Shown here piece after piece: positions 49,218-59,034 of a DNA stretch of 64,000 bases (position 1 is its first letter; every line of letters begins with the position of its first letter). The stretch is from Candidatus Poribacteria bacterium. Its GTDB lineage: Bacteria; Poribacteria; WGA-4E; PCPOR2b. The translations under genes and the position numbers were made by a program. Location of the stretch: assembly GCA_965215015.1 (NCBI GenBank), contig OZ244042.1, positions 1,952,001-2,016,000 of the forward strand, given 5' to 3'. Below the pieces are notes generated by a model. That model ran no database searches, was not told the DNA's origin, and worked only from the letters and a program-made list of their open reading frames with translations.

Positions 49218-49316
49218 ATCGCCAAACGCTCCGGCTTCCATAATCGATCGCAAGGCAAAATCTTGAGAAGGTTCGTTGTGAGGAAATAAATTTTACATTA
49301 CAATGGAGGCAAAACG

Positions 49317-50396
49317 ATGAAAACTTACCGCGCCGCTGTCATCGGTTGTAGCCGGATGGGGGCATTTATTGATAATGAAGTACCCGATTATCGAGCAATT
49401 CAGCTGCCGTATTCACATGCAGCTGGCTTTTATGCCGAAGAACGAACAGATCTTGTCGGTTGTTCAGATCTGCGTCCAGAAGTCATGGAGGCCTTCGGAG
49501 AACGGTATAATGTACCCAAGGGACGACAATACACCGACTATCGAGAACTCATTGACAAAGAGAACTTGGACATCGTGAGTGTCGCGACGCAGCCGGAACA
49601 CCGCGCCGAAGTTGTTATCTACGCTGTGGAGCATGGGGTCAAGGCAATCTACGCGGAAAAGGCGATGGCGGCTTCTATGGACGAAGCGGCTGCGATGGTA
49701 GAAGCGGTGGAACGCAACGGAGCCTTCTTCAATTTAGGCACAAATCGCCGTTGGCACACCGGTTTCGACAAGATGAAGGAGGTTATTGACAGCGGTGAGT
49801 TGGGAGCACTCAAGACGCTAATCATCTACGGAAACCACTCGCTCTTTAATGGCTCCAGTCATCAGTTCGATCTAATCTTGCGCCTGAACAGCGACCACCG
49901 CGCTTTGTGGGCATCCGCACATATCACCGATGATGATAGCATCTTCGACGGTGACATTGTTCGGGAAGATCCGAATGGCCACGGGATGATTCAATTTGAA
50001 AACGGCGTCACGGCACATGCCCTCCTCTCTCCGCGCGGCAGCGAATGGGAGGCAATCTGCGACAGAGGGACCGTAACATGCTGGAATAATGGTTGGCAGT
50101 GGCATATCCGACGTCAAGCCGACGTTCCGGGGTGGCGAAATTGTTTTGTGCCGGAGACTTTTCCTGAGTTTGAACGCACCAGCAGCACAGCGAATCTCAT
50201 CAAAGATTTGGTTCATTCACTCGACACCGGCGAACCATCACGCTGCGGCGTCCGCGTGGCACACGCAAGTACGGAATTAATCTTTGCGTTCATGGAATCG
50301 CACTTGCAGAACGGGGCAAGAGTCCAACTGCCATTGCAGGGGTCGAAGCTGCGGTTGGAGAGAGTGCGTGCTCCGAGGCAACCTAGGTTTGGATAG
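49317..50396 (+). CDS. Gfo/Idh/MocA family oxidoreductase
   Basis: AVIGCSRMG, LDIVSVAT...H, IYAEKAMA. Confidence 0.9.
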   Translation: MKTYRAAVIGCSRMGAFIDNEVPDYRAIQLPYSHAAGFYAEERTDLVGCSDLRPEVMEAFGERYNVPKGRQYTDYRELIDKENLDIVSVATQPEHRAEVVIYAVEHGVKAIYAEKAMAASMDEAAAMVEAVERNGAFFNLGTNRRWHTGFDKMKEVIDSGELGALKTLIIYGNHSLFNGSSHQFDLILRLNSDHRALWASAHITDDDSIFDGDIVREDPNGHGMIQFENGVTAHALLSPRGSEWEAICDRGTVTCWNNGWQWHIRRQADVPGWRNCFVPETFPEFERTSSTANLIKDLVHSLDTGEPSRCGVRVAHASTELIFAFMESHLQNGARVQLPLQGSKLRLERVRAPRQPRFG

Positions 50397-50526
50397 AGCA
50401 TATTGACATTTGACAGTAGTACCCGTCGGTCGGGCAAGATGCCCGACCCCTCCACCCAGTTGAATAGCGGCAGGTAACTTGTAGGTCAAGATTCATATCT
50501 CGACACAAAAATGTCAATAGAACTAG
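50393..50526. mobile_element. MITE (TIR (C)TAG.T.TATTGACATTT family) with GTAG-REPs
   Basis: TAGAGCATATTGACATTTG ... AAATGTCAATAGAACTAG; related ends at ~29594, ~53020-53041 and ~54309. Confidence 0.65.
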
Positions 50527-50839
50527 AAAAACAAGCAGGACAATCGCATGTAAATATTATGTAGGACTGACTTTGATTGCAAAAATCATGTCCCATTCCC
50601 TACTGCGCATGAGTAGAACTTTGGGACATGACAAGGGCAATCTACTCATGGCACAGGGTTTCCTAACCTATGATCGGATCGGGATTAGGCAACCGCGATC
50701 TCATTGAGGACAGCCTCTACCCCACGGCAGGGGTTAAACCAACGTTTTGATTGCTCAGCTGCCTAATTCCTATAACAGATGCAATTCCCCTAAACAAACA
50801 AAGAAAGTCTCAAGAGCCTTGGTCAGCTGGATAATATGC

Positions 50840-50868
50840 TTGAGTTTGCCATTATGCAATGCTATAAT
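50840..50868 (+). promoter_or_regulatory. Sigma70-type promoter for the R-M operon
   Basis: TTGAGT-17bp-TATAAT with a TG extension. Confidence 0.6.
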
Positions 50869-50977
50869 GGTAATGCGTCCTAGCAATGTTAAACTAACGA
50901 AATGATTCGTAAGGTCTTGCTAATTCCTATGTTTATAGTGCAAGGTAACCGTATCTACAAGGTAAGTTAAGTAAAAG

Positions 50978-51949
50978 ATGAGATCACTAGTAAGTAAGTT
51001 CAAAACGGTCATAGAGAAAAATACCTTCTATTTCTCCGATATGGTGTTTGAGGAGGGATATGAAAGCTATTTGAACTCAGTAAGGGAAACGCTGCTTGTT
51101 CTCAAAAATAGTGTGGAAACAAGTGGTTTAAGGAAAGAACTTATTGAGGGGTTACTTCAAAAAGAAAACGGCTTGACCGCGCTATTAGCTCTGACCGGAT
51201 TTTCCAATGAATACCTCAAGCGACTGATTACAATCATTCGTGTTGTCGATGATTCAGAGTTGTCAAAGTTGGTATTAAAGGACGAGTGGCATTCCAATGA
51301 ATCATCAGCGTATCTCAAAGAGTGGTCAGATGCTCAGATAGCGAAGATGATCTGCCAAAACAAGTATTTCAGAAAAGGGATAGTGAACATCTTTTTTGAG
51401 GGCGCAACAATCCCCTTTTTGGCAAACACGATTCCTCTGTTTGAACTTAAAAAGCTGAGCATTTCCAAGTTGAAATTTGAAGTGCCAGCAATGATTGATA
51501 CCATGGTGCGGTATAAAGAGAAAGGTTCGTATTCTGGTAAGAAGAGTAACAATGCTGAGATTGTTATAGCGGAGTTGCTTGACAGGTTGGAACTTTCTTC
51601 TGAGACAGGTGATTTAGATAGACTTGCCAAGAGTGAATCAAACTTGAAAAGAACAGTGGACTTCATTATTCCTGATAAACAGAAACCACAAGTTATTATT
51701 GAATCTTCTTTTTTATCAACCACTTCCTCTGGACAAGGCGATAAATCAAAGACAGAAATAAACGTTTCTACGCTTATAAAGAAATATTATCCAGAGGCAA
51801 AATTCATCGGTTTTGTCGATGGCATTGGCTGGTACGTTCGCAACAACGATTTGAAGCGAATGGTAGCAGCTTACGAAGACGTTTTCACTTTTCATAAGGA
51901 AGAAATCTCGCGATTTGAGGAATTTTTGAGAAAGGAATTTCAAAGCTAG
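50978..51949 (+). CDS. Type II restriction endonuclease (DpnII-family-like PD-(D/E)xK fold)
   Basis: KRTVDFIIP..IIESSF..TTSSGQGDK, FIGFVDGIGW; coupled to a methyltransferase; AT-rich. Confidence 0.78.
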   Translation: MRSLVSKFKTVIEKNTFYFSDMVFEEGYESYLNSVRETLLVLKNSVETSGLRKELIEGLLQKENGLTALLALTGFSNEYLKRLITIIRVVDDSELSKLVLKDEWHSNESSAYLKEWSDAQIAKMICQNKYFRKGIVNIFFEGATIPFLANTIPLFELKKLSISKLKFEVPAMIDTMVRYKEKGSYSGKKSNNAEIVIAELLDRLELSSETGDLDRLAKSESNLKRTVDFIIPDKQKPQVIIESSFLSTTSSGQGDKSKTEINVSTLIKKYYPEAKFIGFVDGIGWYVRNNDLKRMVAAYEDVFTFHKEEISRFEEFLRKEFQS

Positions 51950-52935
51950 TGGAAACATATACAGATCGAATTCTTCAAGGCGATTGTCTCGAATTGTTTC
52001 GCCAAATTCCCAATAACAGCGTCGACATAACCTTTGCCGACCCGCCCTTCAATCTAAAAAAGAAATATCACAGCACGAGAGATAGCCTTGAGTTGGAGGA
52101 ATATTTACACTGGTGCGAAAAATGGATTTTGGAGATGGTTCGTGTTACTAAAGAAACGGGATCAATCTTTGTACATAACATTCCTAAGTGGCTGACGTAC
52201 TATGCAGGCTTTTTGAACAAGTTAGCTGATTTTAAGCATTGGATTTCCTGGGAGGCCCCCACCGCACCGATGGGGAAGACACTTCAGCCTGCACATTACG
52301 GCATCCTATTTTATGCCAAAGATGCAAAGCAAAATAAATTTTACGAAATTCGTTATTCACACAAACGTTGTCGTAAATGTAACTATTTGCATAAGGACTA
52401 TGGTGGGAAAAAGGGGGGATTGCATCCTTTTGGACCGCTTGTTCCAGATACATGGACAGATATCCATCGGATAAAGCATAACAAATATCGCGATCCGCAT
52501 CCATGTCAATTGCCGATCCACCTGTTAGAACGCGTTATCTTAATGTCCACTGATGAAGGCGATACAGTGCTAGATCCGTTTTTGGGGACAGGAACAACAG
52601 CAATCGCTGCAAAGCGACTTGGACGACACTACGTCGGTTTTGAACTCGATGACGTTTACGCAACAATCGCCCATGATAAAGTAGAGCAGCTGACATCGAA
52701 CTCCCGGGTTGGAAATGTATGGGTCAGTGTTTACTTAGACGAAATTATCACACTCCGTGATCAAGATTGGGATGTATTGCAGCCAGAATTTCATATCCCT
52801 GAGTCTGCCAAAGCAATCGATTATACCAAAATATTGCTAAAAAGTAAAATACCGCTCATACCAACGGTTAGTCAACAGGAAACACACCAAGAAACACAAT
52901 TGCGATTGATAGAGAATCGCAAAAGATATAAGTAA
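51949..52935 (+). CDS. Beta-class N4/N6 DNA methyltransferase
   Basis: FADPPFN (motif IV) precedes HPCQLP and VLDPFLGTGTT (motif I). Confidence 0.92.
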   Translation: METYTDRILQGDCLELFRQIPNNSVDITFADPPFNLKKKYHSTRDSLELEEYLHWCEKWILEMVRVTKETGSIFVHNIPKWLTYYAGFLNKLADFKHWISWEAPTAPMGKTLQPAHYGILFYAKDAKQNKFYEIRYSHKRCRKCNYLHKDYGGKKGGLHPFGPLVPDTWTDIHRIKHNKYRDPHPCQLPIHLLERVILMSTDEGDTVLDPFLGTGTTAIAAKRLGRHYVGFELDDVYATIAHDKVEQLTSNSRVGNVWVSVYLDEIITLRDQDWDVLQPEFHIPESAKAIDYTKILLKSKIPLIPTVSQQETHQETQLRLIENRKRYK

Positions 52936-53053
52936 CGCAAATTGCTAGTAGTAGGCATACTCCGTATGCCGTAACCTCACCCCGTTTTCGCGTGGAAAAT
53001 GGGGGGCGTTTTTCCGCGTGTCAAATGTCAATAGAACCTAGCAACTTACGTCA
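52933..53053. mobile_element. Nested MITE/REP element
   Basis: TAACGCAAATTGCTA ... TAGCAACTTACGTCA enclosing GTAGTAGGCATACTCCGTATGCC and TCAAATGTCAATAGAACCTAG. Confidence 0.65.
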
Positions 53054-53071
53054 AAAGTAAGGAGGGCTTTT

Positions 53072-54118
53072 ATGCCTACAATCGATCATGATGTTTTGAG
53101 GAAATTTGTTTATGATATGTACATCGGGGCCGGGGGTGTTGAGGAAGATGCACGCATCGTCAGCGATCATGTCGTAGATTCTAACCTGATGGGACACGAT
53201 TCGCACGGCGTAATCAACGCGCCCAACTACGCAGGTGGTATGAGCGGCCGCCCCTCAACAGATAAGATGGAAATTGTCCGTGAGACCCCTGCAACGGCGG
53301 TGATCAACGCGAACGGTGGGCTCGGCATGGTCATCGCTCAGAAAGCGATGGAGTTGGCAATTGAAAAGGCGAAAACGCACACATTCGGCGGAGTTGGACT
53401 CCACCGTTGTGGACATGCCGGACGGATGGGAACCTATCCCCCACTTGCCGCAAAGGAAGGAATGATTGGGCTCGTCTTCCTAAATGGCGGTGGACGATTT
53501 ATGCACCCCTTTGGCGGTACATCCCGGAAACTCCCACCCAACCCGATCGCCATCGCGGTCCCACGCAAAAATGGTGAACCGTTGATGCTCGATATGACGC
53601 TGAGTGTGGTTGCTGGCGGAAAGATACTGGTCAAACGCGCGCGCGACGAGGAGATGCCAGAAGGTTGGATGATCGATTCGGAAGGAAACACGGTCACCGA
53701 TCCGAACGCTTTTCTGGATCGTCATGATGATACGGCGGTGATGCCAGTCGGAGGTTTCCAATTCGGGCACAAGGGGTTTGGCTTAGGCTTTATGATCGAC
53801 GCCATCGCCGGTGGGCTTTCCTGGGCGGGTTGCAGCCGTCAAGAACCCACGCGTGGGGCAAGCGGGATTGTGATGCTCGCTATCAAGATTCAGGATTTCA
53901 TCGATCTGGATGTCTACCGGCAGGAGATCGAGTACCTCACGGAATGGATAAAGTCCTCTGAAAAGCTGCCCGGTGTTGATGAAGTTTTCGCTCCCGGTGA
54001 ATTTGAGGAACGGAATCGTGAACAGCGTCTGAAAGCGGGCATCCCAATCGAAGAAAAAACGTGGGATCGCCTCATTGAAGCGGCTGCCTCCTATGGTGTT
54101 TCAGTCCCCGAAGTCTAA
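53072..54118 (+). CDS. Ldh_2 (malate/L-lactate/L-sulfolactate dehydrogenase-like) oxidoreductase
   Basis: GHDSHGV, H.GRMG.Y, PFGG...L..NPIA, GHKGFGL, PGE.E. Confidence 0.9.
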   Translation: MPTIDHDVLRKFVYDMYIGAGGVEEDARIVSDHVVDSNLMGHDSHGVINAPNYAGGMSGRPSTDKMEIVRETPATAVINANGGLGMVIAQKAMELAIEKAKTHTFGGVGLHRCGHAGRMGTYPPLAAKEGMIGLVFLNGGGRFMHPFGGTSRKLPPNPIAIAVPRKNGEPLMLDMTLSVVAGGKILVKRARDEEMPEGWMIDSEGNTVTDPNAFLDRHDDTAVMPVGGFQFGHKGFGLGFMIDAIAGGLSWAGCSRQEPTRGASGIVMLAIKIQDFIDLDVYRQEIEYLTEWIKSSEKLPGVDEVFAPGEFEERNREQRLKAGIPIEEKTWDRLIEAAASYGVSVPEV

Positions 54119-54426
54119 AAGCAAACAAACTTCACAGGCATAACACAAGTTGCCCCCTCGCATTTCCAATCCAATCGTAGCGTAGATTTCCCAACCTGTG
54201 AGTGCCTTGCAGGTTAGGGAACCTACGCCACCATCTATAGTGAAAGAGAGGGGCCTTGACAGACGGTGAGCCCCTGACTCTACAAGCCAATTGATGGTTT
54301 TTCAATAACTAGGTTCTGTTGACATTTGACTATCAAGCTTCCTAGCCCGAGCACCCTGAACCCTAACCCCCAATCTTGGGTATAGGGGTTGGATGACCCA
54401 CCTCCTATAAATCTAAAGATAAGAAG

Positions 54427-55587
54427 ATGATCACGAAGTTTGGTTCACTATTCGCAGGACATGTCGACCTAAAAGATATAGGATTCGATGGCCCCCCTGT
54501 TAACGAGCGTTGGCTCTCCGATGAACAGCTGGCAACCGTATTCGACAAGACTCAAGCCATTGCTCAGCTCATGGACCGCACCGGCTACGAGACCCTCTGG
54601 TTGGCTGAACACCACTTTCAGCGCGAGGGGTATGAATGCATCCCTAACATCCTGATGCTCGGCGTCCATCTCGCACACTTGACCCAGAGACTCAAAATTG
54701 GGTGTGCTTTCAACGTTACACCGATGTGGCATCCACTACGACTGGCAGAAGATTACGCGACTGCGGACATTCTCACGGGGGGGCGTATCGTCTTTGGCGT
54801 CGGGCGAGGCTACCATACACGCGAAGTGGAGGTCTTTGGGGCACCTCTGCTTGATGGAGACGCCAACCGCGAAATGTTTGAGGAGCAAGTTGACATCATC
54901 TTCAAGGCGTTCAATGAGCAATCCTTCTCCCACCACGGCATGTACTACAACATCCCGCCCCCAGTTCCGTATCGTGGGTATGAATTAGAGGAGGTTACAC
55001 TGGTGCCCCGACCGCTCAATCGACCTGTCGAGTGCTGGCAGCCCATCGTCAGTGCCAGCGAACGTGGACTCAATCTTATGGCAAAATACCGCATCAAGGG
55101 GATGATCGGCGGCGGGGCTGCTGCGGGTGGTGCTGCGGAAAAGGTTATACAGGCTTGGCAACTGGTGCAAGCGAATCACGGCAGAGAAATGGAACTCGGC
55201 GGAGACCTTATTATCGGATTCTCCTACCATATTGCCGATACAGAGGAAAAGGCGATCGAGGAGGCCAGTAGATACTTTGAAGAACACATGAAGATGTTCG
55301 CACCTCTAGGATTCGTGCGTGGATTGACGGAGGACCAGATTGCGGCGACGGCAGATCCGCAACAGGCGCGCACCGCCGGGTTGCCGACGCTGCAAGACGC
55401 GGTGAAAGCAGGCTCGTGGCTATGCGGACCGCCGGAGCTGATTATTGAAAAACTGATGGACGTTCAGAAACGCTATCCTGGACTGGATCAGGTGAGCGTC
55501 AACAATGCCGTGGGCACACCCGAAAGTGTGATTTTGGAGCAGCTCGACCAGTTTGCCAAGGAGGTCATGCCCGCATTCAAAAACTAG
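54427..55587 (+). CDS. LLM class flavin-dependent oxidoreductase
   Basis: WLAEHHF, WHPLRLAED.AT.D.LTGGR..FGVGRGY. Confidence 0.92.
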   Translation: MITKFGSLFAGHVDLKDIGFDGPPVNERWLSDEQLATVFDKTQAIAQLMDRTGYETLWLAEHHFQREGYECIPNILMLGVHLAHLTQRLKIGCAFNVTPMWHPLRLAEDYATADILTGGRIVFGVGRGYHTREVEVFGAPLLDGDANREMFEEQVDIIFKAFNEQSFSHHGMYYNIPPPVPYRGYELEEVTLVPRPLNRPVECWQPIVSASERGLNLMAKYRIKGMIGGGAAAGGAAEKVIQAWQLVQANHGREMELGGDLIIGFSYHIADTEEKAIEEASRYFEEHMKMFAPLGFVRGLTEDQIAATADPQQARTAGLPTLQDAVKAGSWLCGPPELIIEKLMDVQKRYPGLDQVSVNNAVGTPESVILEQLDQFAKEVMPAFKN

Positions 55588-55869
55588 GGCTAGCAGTTAC
55601 GCAGTTAAAGTGTGAAGCCATTGAGCCAGATAAGTTCTGAAGTGACATAAATATAATTGTTTGTAATTTTTTTCTAACACAATCGGCAGTCTACAACAAA
55701 ATGCTTCATTCTGAGATAGGAACAATTTCCCCATTTTCGCGTGGAAAACATAACTTTTTTAATCTCGCTCATGTTAAGAAATAGTCTTGTGCTTTCCTTT
55801 GCCGTAAGCCTTCTACTTTTATCTCTGAAATCAGCGAAATCTGCGTCTGTGCTAGTGCATTAGCTTGCC

Positions 55870-57111
55870 CTACTTCTCTAGAACCATACCTTCCCGCCCG
55901 ATGCGTTCAAGCATTGCCCGGTAAGCTGGAGTGCCATCATCATCCCAGTATTCAGTCTCAATAGGGGCGTCATAACTCATGGGGACCAACCCGCCACGCC
56001 AATCTGGCCTTACCATGAAGTGACGAGTGTTAGCGGGATCATAGCGATTATACATCATTGAACCGTTGGCAAAACGGGACCTGATAATCCACGGTGCCTG
56101 CGCCGGTAACTCCAGATGCTTCAGTCGCTCCAGCGCATCATGATCCAGTGTGAGACCCAGCCCGGGTGCTTCCGGCACGCGAACAAATCCGTTGACTGGA
56201 TCTAGTCTCTCCTTCACAACATCGCTTTTATAGATTTCCGTGGTAGTGACAAAGTGGAAGGTCGCTGTAGGAAAAACCGCCATCATGTGTGTGGTCATCG
56301 CTCGGGTGATAGTACCCCCCACGTTTTGTAACATGAAGGGGATATTGCCCGCAGCGAAGAGACCGGCACAACGTATGGCTGCACCAATCTTCTGGTGACC
56401 CCGCATATACACATCCCCAGCCCCCATCAGTACCTCGTAGGTGGCATCCAATGGTGCTTGGTGGCGCACGATGGGCAGCGGTACTCGATGGCGCAGCTCA
56501 ATTGAAGCGAGCGTATCCCCGGCATCAATGCAATCCTCAAAGCAGCCGGCAATAGGAGACTGCGCTAATTTGCCTAGTAATTCTGGCATGTAGTCATTCG
56601 TCCCGCCCCCGGTGAAGTCGTAGTGAATCCTGAAACCCTTGGGTGCCACTGCCTCCATAGCCTTGGTCTGGTCAAAGACATTTTCAAAAGGCGAAAGGTG
56701 ATATTTCATCCAAGTATAGCCCTGCGCTGCGTACTGCTCCACAGCCTCCGCCATACGCCGGGGATGGGTTGACACCGTCCAACTGCTCACCGGGACCCAT
56801 GAGCGAGTTTTCTGCCCAAAGAGCTGATAGATTGGCACACCGGCGGCTTGCCCCATTAAATCGTACATGGCTGTCCCCAAAGCCAGCGAGGTTTCGTCTC
56901 CGACCCATTTGAAGGGGTTAGTGCCGATATACTGGTCAATGACCTCCTGAGGTTCGGAGCCGCCGCCCTCCCCAAGCCCCACTCGTCCGTCGTCTGTATG
57001 CACCACATACACTGTGCGACCAGCGGGCCCTGAGTAGTGGTTCATCTGGTAGGCGATCCAGTCTTGGTATTCGGGGGTAATCTTATGGACTTCGATTTCA
57101 GTAACTTTCAT
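55870..57111 (-). CDS. Mandelate racemase/muconate lactonizing (enolase superfamily) enzyme
   Basis: VHTDDGRVGLGE, A.YDLMGQAAGVPIYQLFG, WMKYH, VPEAPGLG. Confidence 0.85.
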   Translation of the reverse strand: MKVTEIEVHKITPEYQDWIAYQMNHYSGPAGRTVYVVHTDDGRVGLGEGGGSEPQEVIDQYIGTNPFKWVGDETSLALGTAMYDLMGQAAGVPIYQLFGQKTRSWVPVSSWTVSTHPRRMAEAVEQYAAQGYTWMKYHLSPFENVFDQTKAMEAVAPKGFRIHYDFTGGGTNDYMPELLGKLAQSPIAGCFEDCIDAGDTLASIELRHRVPLPIVRHQAPLDATYEVLMGAGDVYMRGHQKIGAAIRCAGLFAAGNIPFMLQNVGGTITRAMTTHMMAVFPTATFHFVTTTEIYKSDVVKERLDPVNGFVRVPEAPGLGLTLDHDALERLKHLELPAQAPWIIRSRFANGSMMYNRYDPANTRHFMVRPDWRGGLVPMSYDAPIETEYWDDDGTPAYRAMLERIGREGMVLEK

Positions 57112-57144
57112 ATGGTTCTCCTGTTAGGGCACCACTAATTAATC

Positions 57145-57394
57145 GAGGGGTGCTCATAATAATTGTCTGAATCGCAGATGCAGCAGCTGACGCAGCAAAC
57201 ACCGATATACAATAGATAGGGGGCTCAGGCGGTAGATGGGGCACGATGCCCCACCGACGGGGTTAGAGATATTTTGTTTTTCCCAATTCGGGGTACGAGC
57301 TTAATGAAAGTTGGGTGTTGGCCAAGTAATACGCCATAACAGTTGTGGGATTTACGGCAAGCGGACCGTGCCTACTACTTTATGAGTACCCCTC
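57145..57394. mobile_element. MITE (TIR GAGGGGKGCTCATAA family), copy 3
   Basis: GAGGGGTGCTCATAA ... TTATGAGTACCCCTC (14/15 inverted match). Confidence 0.8.
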
Positions 57395-57668
57395 AAGTAA
57401 GCTCCGGTGATAGATTTTAAATCATTGCATAAAGTTGCGGCAACCGAGGCCGGCCTTCACGTTCGCTACAGCATAGCACTTTATATCCGCTGTGTCATTA
57501 GAAAGTTGACAGTAGACCATTCTTCTCTTGACGTTCAAATGAATTTCTGCGAAAATAATATGGTAAATGTCAAAAAGATGGTTGCGTAGTGGCAACTTCA
57601 GTTACTCTTGTTACGATCCCTAACATAATGCTCGAAAATCCGTATCAAAAAGATCGAGGTGATTCACT

Positions 57669-58580
57669 ATGAACTACGATACGACGAATCGAACTTTTGA
57701 CTGCGAACCTACCCTCACCGACACACAGGTTCTGCAATTTTGTCGAGATGGTTTCTTAACCTTGGAGGGGGTTGTCCCCGATCACATCAACCAGCGCGCC
57801 TGCGATTACTTGAGAGGAAAAATACCGGCTAACCCCAGTTACATTCCTAAAGGGCTTACCAAAGCGGATTTAGAACGAATCCGTAACTCCCATGAACCGA
57901 GCACAATCCTTCTTGAGGATTGGTTCATTGAGCATGTCCTTCTCAATCAACAAGTCGCTGGTGCCCTGCGGTCACTGCTCGGTAAGAATGTGGGGTTACC
58001 TGTACTAGTGAGCGATCACAGTATTGAATGTCCCGCACCCGCCCAAGGGTGGCATCAGGATGCCGACCACATCTTCGGACCGGAAGTTAATTTCATTGAG
58101 GTTTTTTATTTTCCACAAGATACACCCCTGATGATGGGACCCACTGAGATTGTACCCGGAACGCACCTCGGGCCCACCCAACGTGACCCATCGGATTCAG
58201 GGGTGCCAACCAGTGGACCCCCTGGAACATTTGCCCTTCACTCTCAAAGTATTCTACATCGCAGAGGTGAATCAACTGGAAAAGGGCTGCGCCACATGCT
58301 GAAATACAATTACTGGCGGACAGTACCCCCAGAAAGAGATTGGATTATTGAACCGGGCTTTGATTTTCAGCGAGCCTATTACGGAGGCCATCGCGTTGCC
58401 AGATACATTGCTCACATGTTTTATTGGTTATGTGGCAAGGGCAATGAATTTCGGGTTATCGGCGGACAGGGGTGGCCCTGGTCAACTGAGAACCAAATTG
58501 GACCATCTTATGGATTTGGAGCGGTCGGAGGATACCTACCGGATTGGCGTCAGAATAATCGTGATGGCTACGCAAATTAG
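57669..58580 (+). CDS. Phytanoyl-CoA dioxygenase (PhyH) family protein
   Basis: QGWHQD, GPTEIVPGTH, ILHR facial-triad motifs. Confidence 0.9.
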   Translation: MNYDTTNRTFDCEPTLTDTQVLQFCRDGFLTLEGVVPDHINQRACDYLRGKIPANPSYIPKGLTKADLERIRNSHEPSTILLEDWFIEHVLLNQQVAGALRSLLGKNVGLPVLVSDHSIECPAPAQGWHQDADHIFGPEVNFIEVFYFPQDTPLMMGPTEIVPGTHLGPTQRDPSDSGVPTSGPPGTFALHSQSILHRRGESTGKGLRHMLKYNYWRTVPPERDWIIEPGFDFQRAYYGGHRVARYIAHMFYWLCGKGNEFRVIGGQGWPWSTENQIGPSYGFGAVGGYLPDWRQNNRDGYAN

Positions 58581-58610
58581 AGTGGTTTACTTAATCAAGG
58601 AGGAGAAAAC

Positions 58611-58928
58611 ATGTACGTCATAGTCGCACCAATTCAGATTAAGGAAGGACACAGGGAAGCGTTCATCGAAGCCATGCTCGACGATGCCAAAGGCTCAGTG
58701 AACCATGAGCCCGGCTGTCTGAGGTTTGATGTCATTCAGGACGGTGCAGATCCCAACCGGATTTGGCTCTACGAGATTTACGTGGACGAGGCGGCTTTCC
58801 AAGCCCATCTGCAAGCACCTCACTTCATAAAGTGGCGGGATACGGTCAAAGACTGGTTTGCTGACGGGCCCAAAGGGGCAGGAGGAGGAAGTTACAATAT
58901 CTGGCCCCCCGATGATGAGTGGAAGTAG
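58611..58928 (+). CDS. ABM family monooxygenase (LsrG/putative quinol monooxygenase-like)
   Basis: EPGCLRFDV, LYEIY.DEAAF.AH...PHF..W. Confidence 0.88.
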   Translation: MYVIVAPIQIKEGHREAFIEAMLDDAKGSVNHEPGCLRFDVIQDGADPNRIWLYEIYVDEAAFQAHLQAPHFIKWRDTVKDWFADGPKGAGGGSYNIWPPDDEWK

Positions 58929-59034
58929 TATCGTCCCTACACGCTTGGCGTACTCTCAAGCGTTGCACCTGGAAGTACGTCAAGTTTTCAATCACAGAGA
59001 AAATCACAGCAGCATTATTACCTAAAATATCTTC

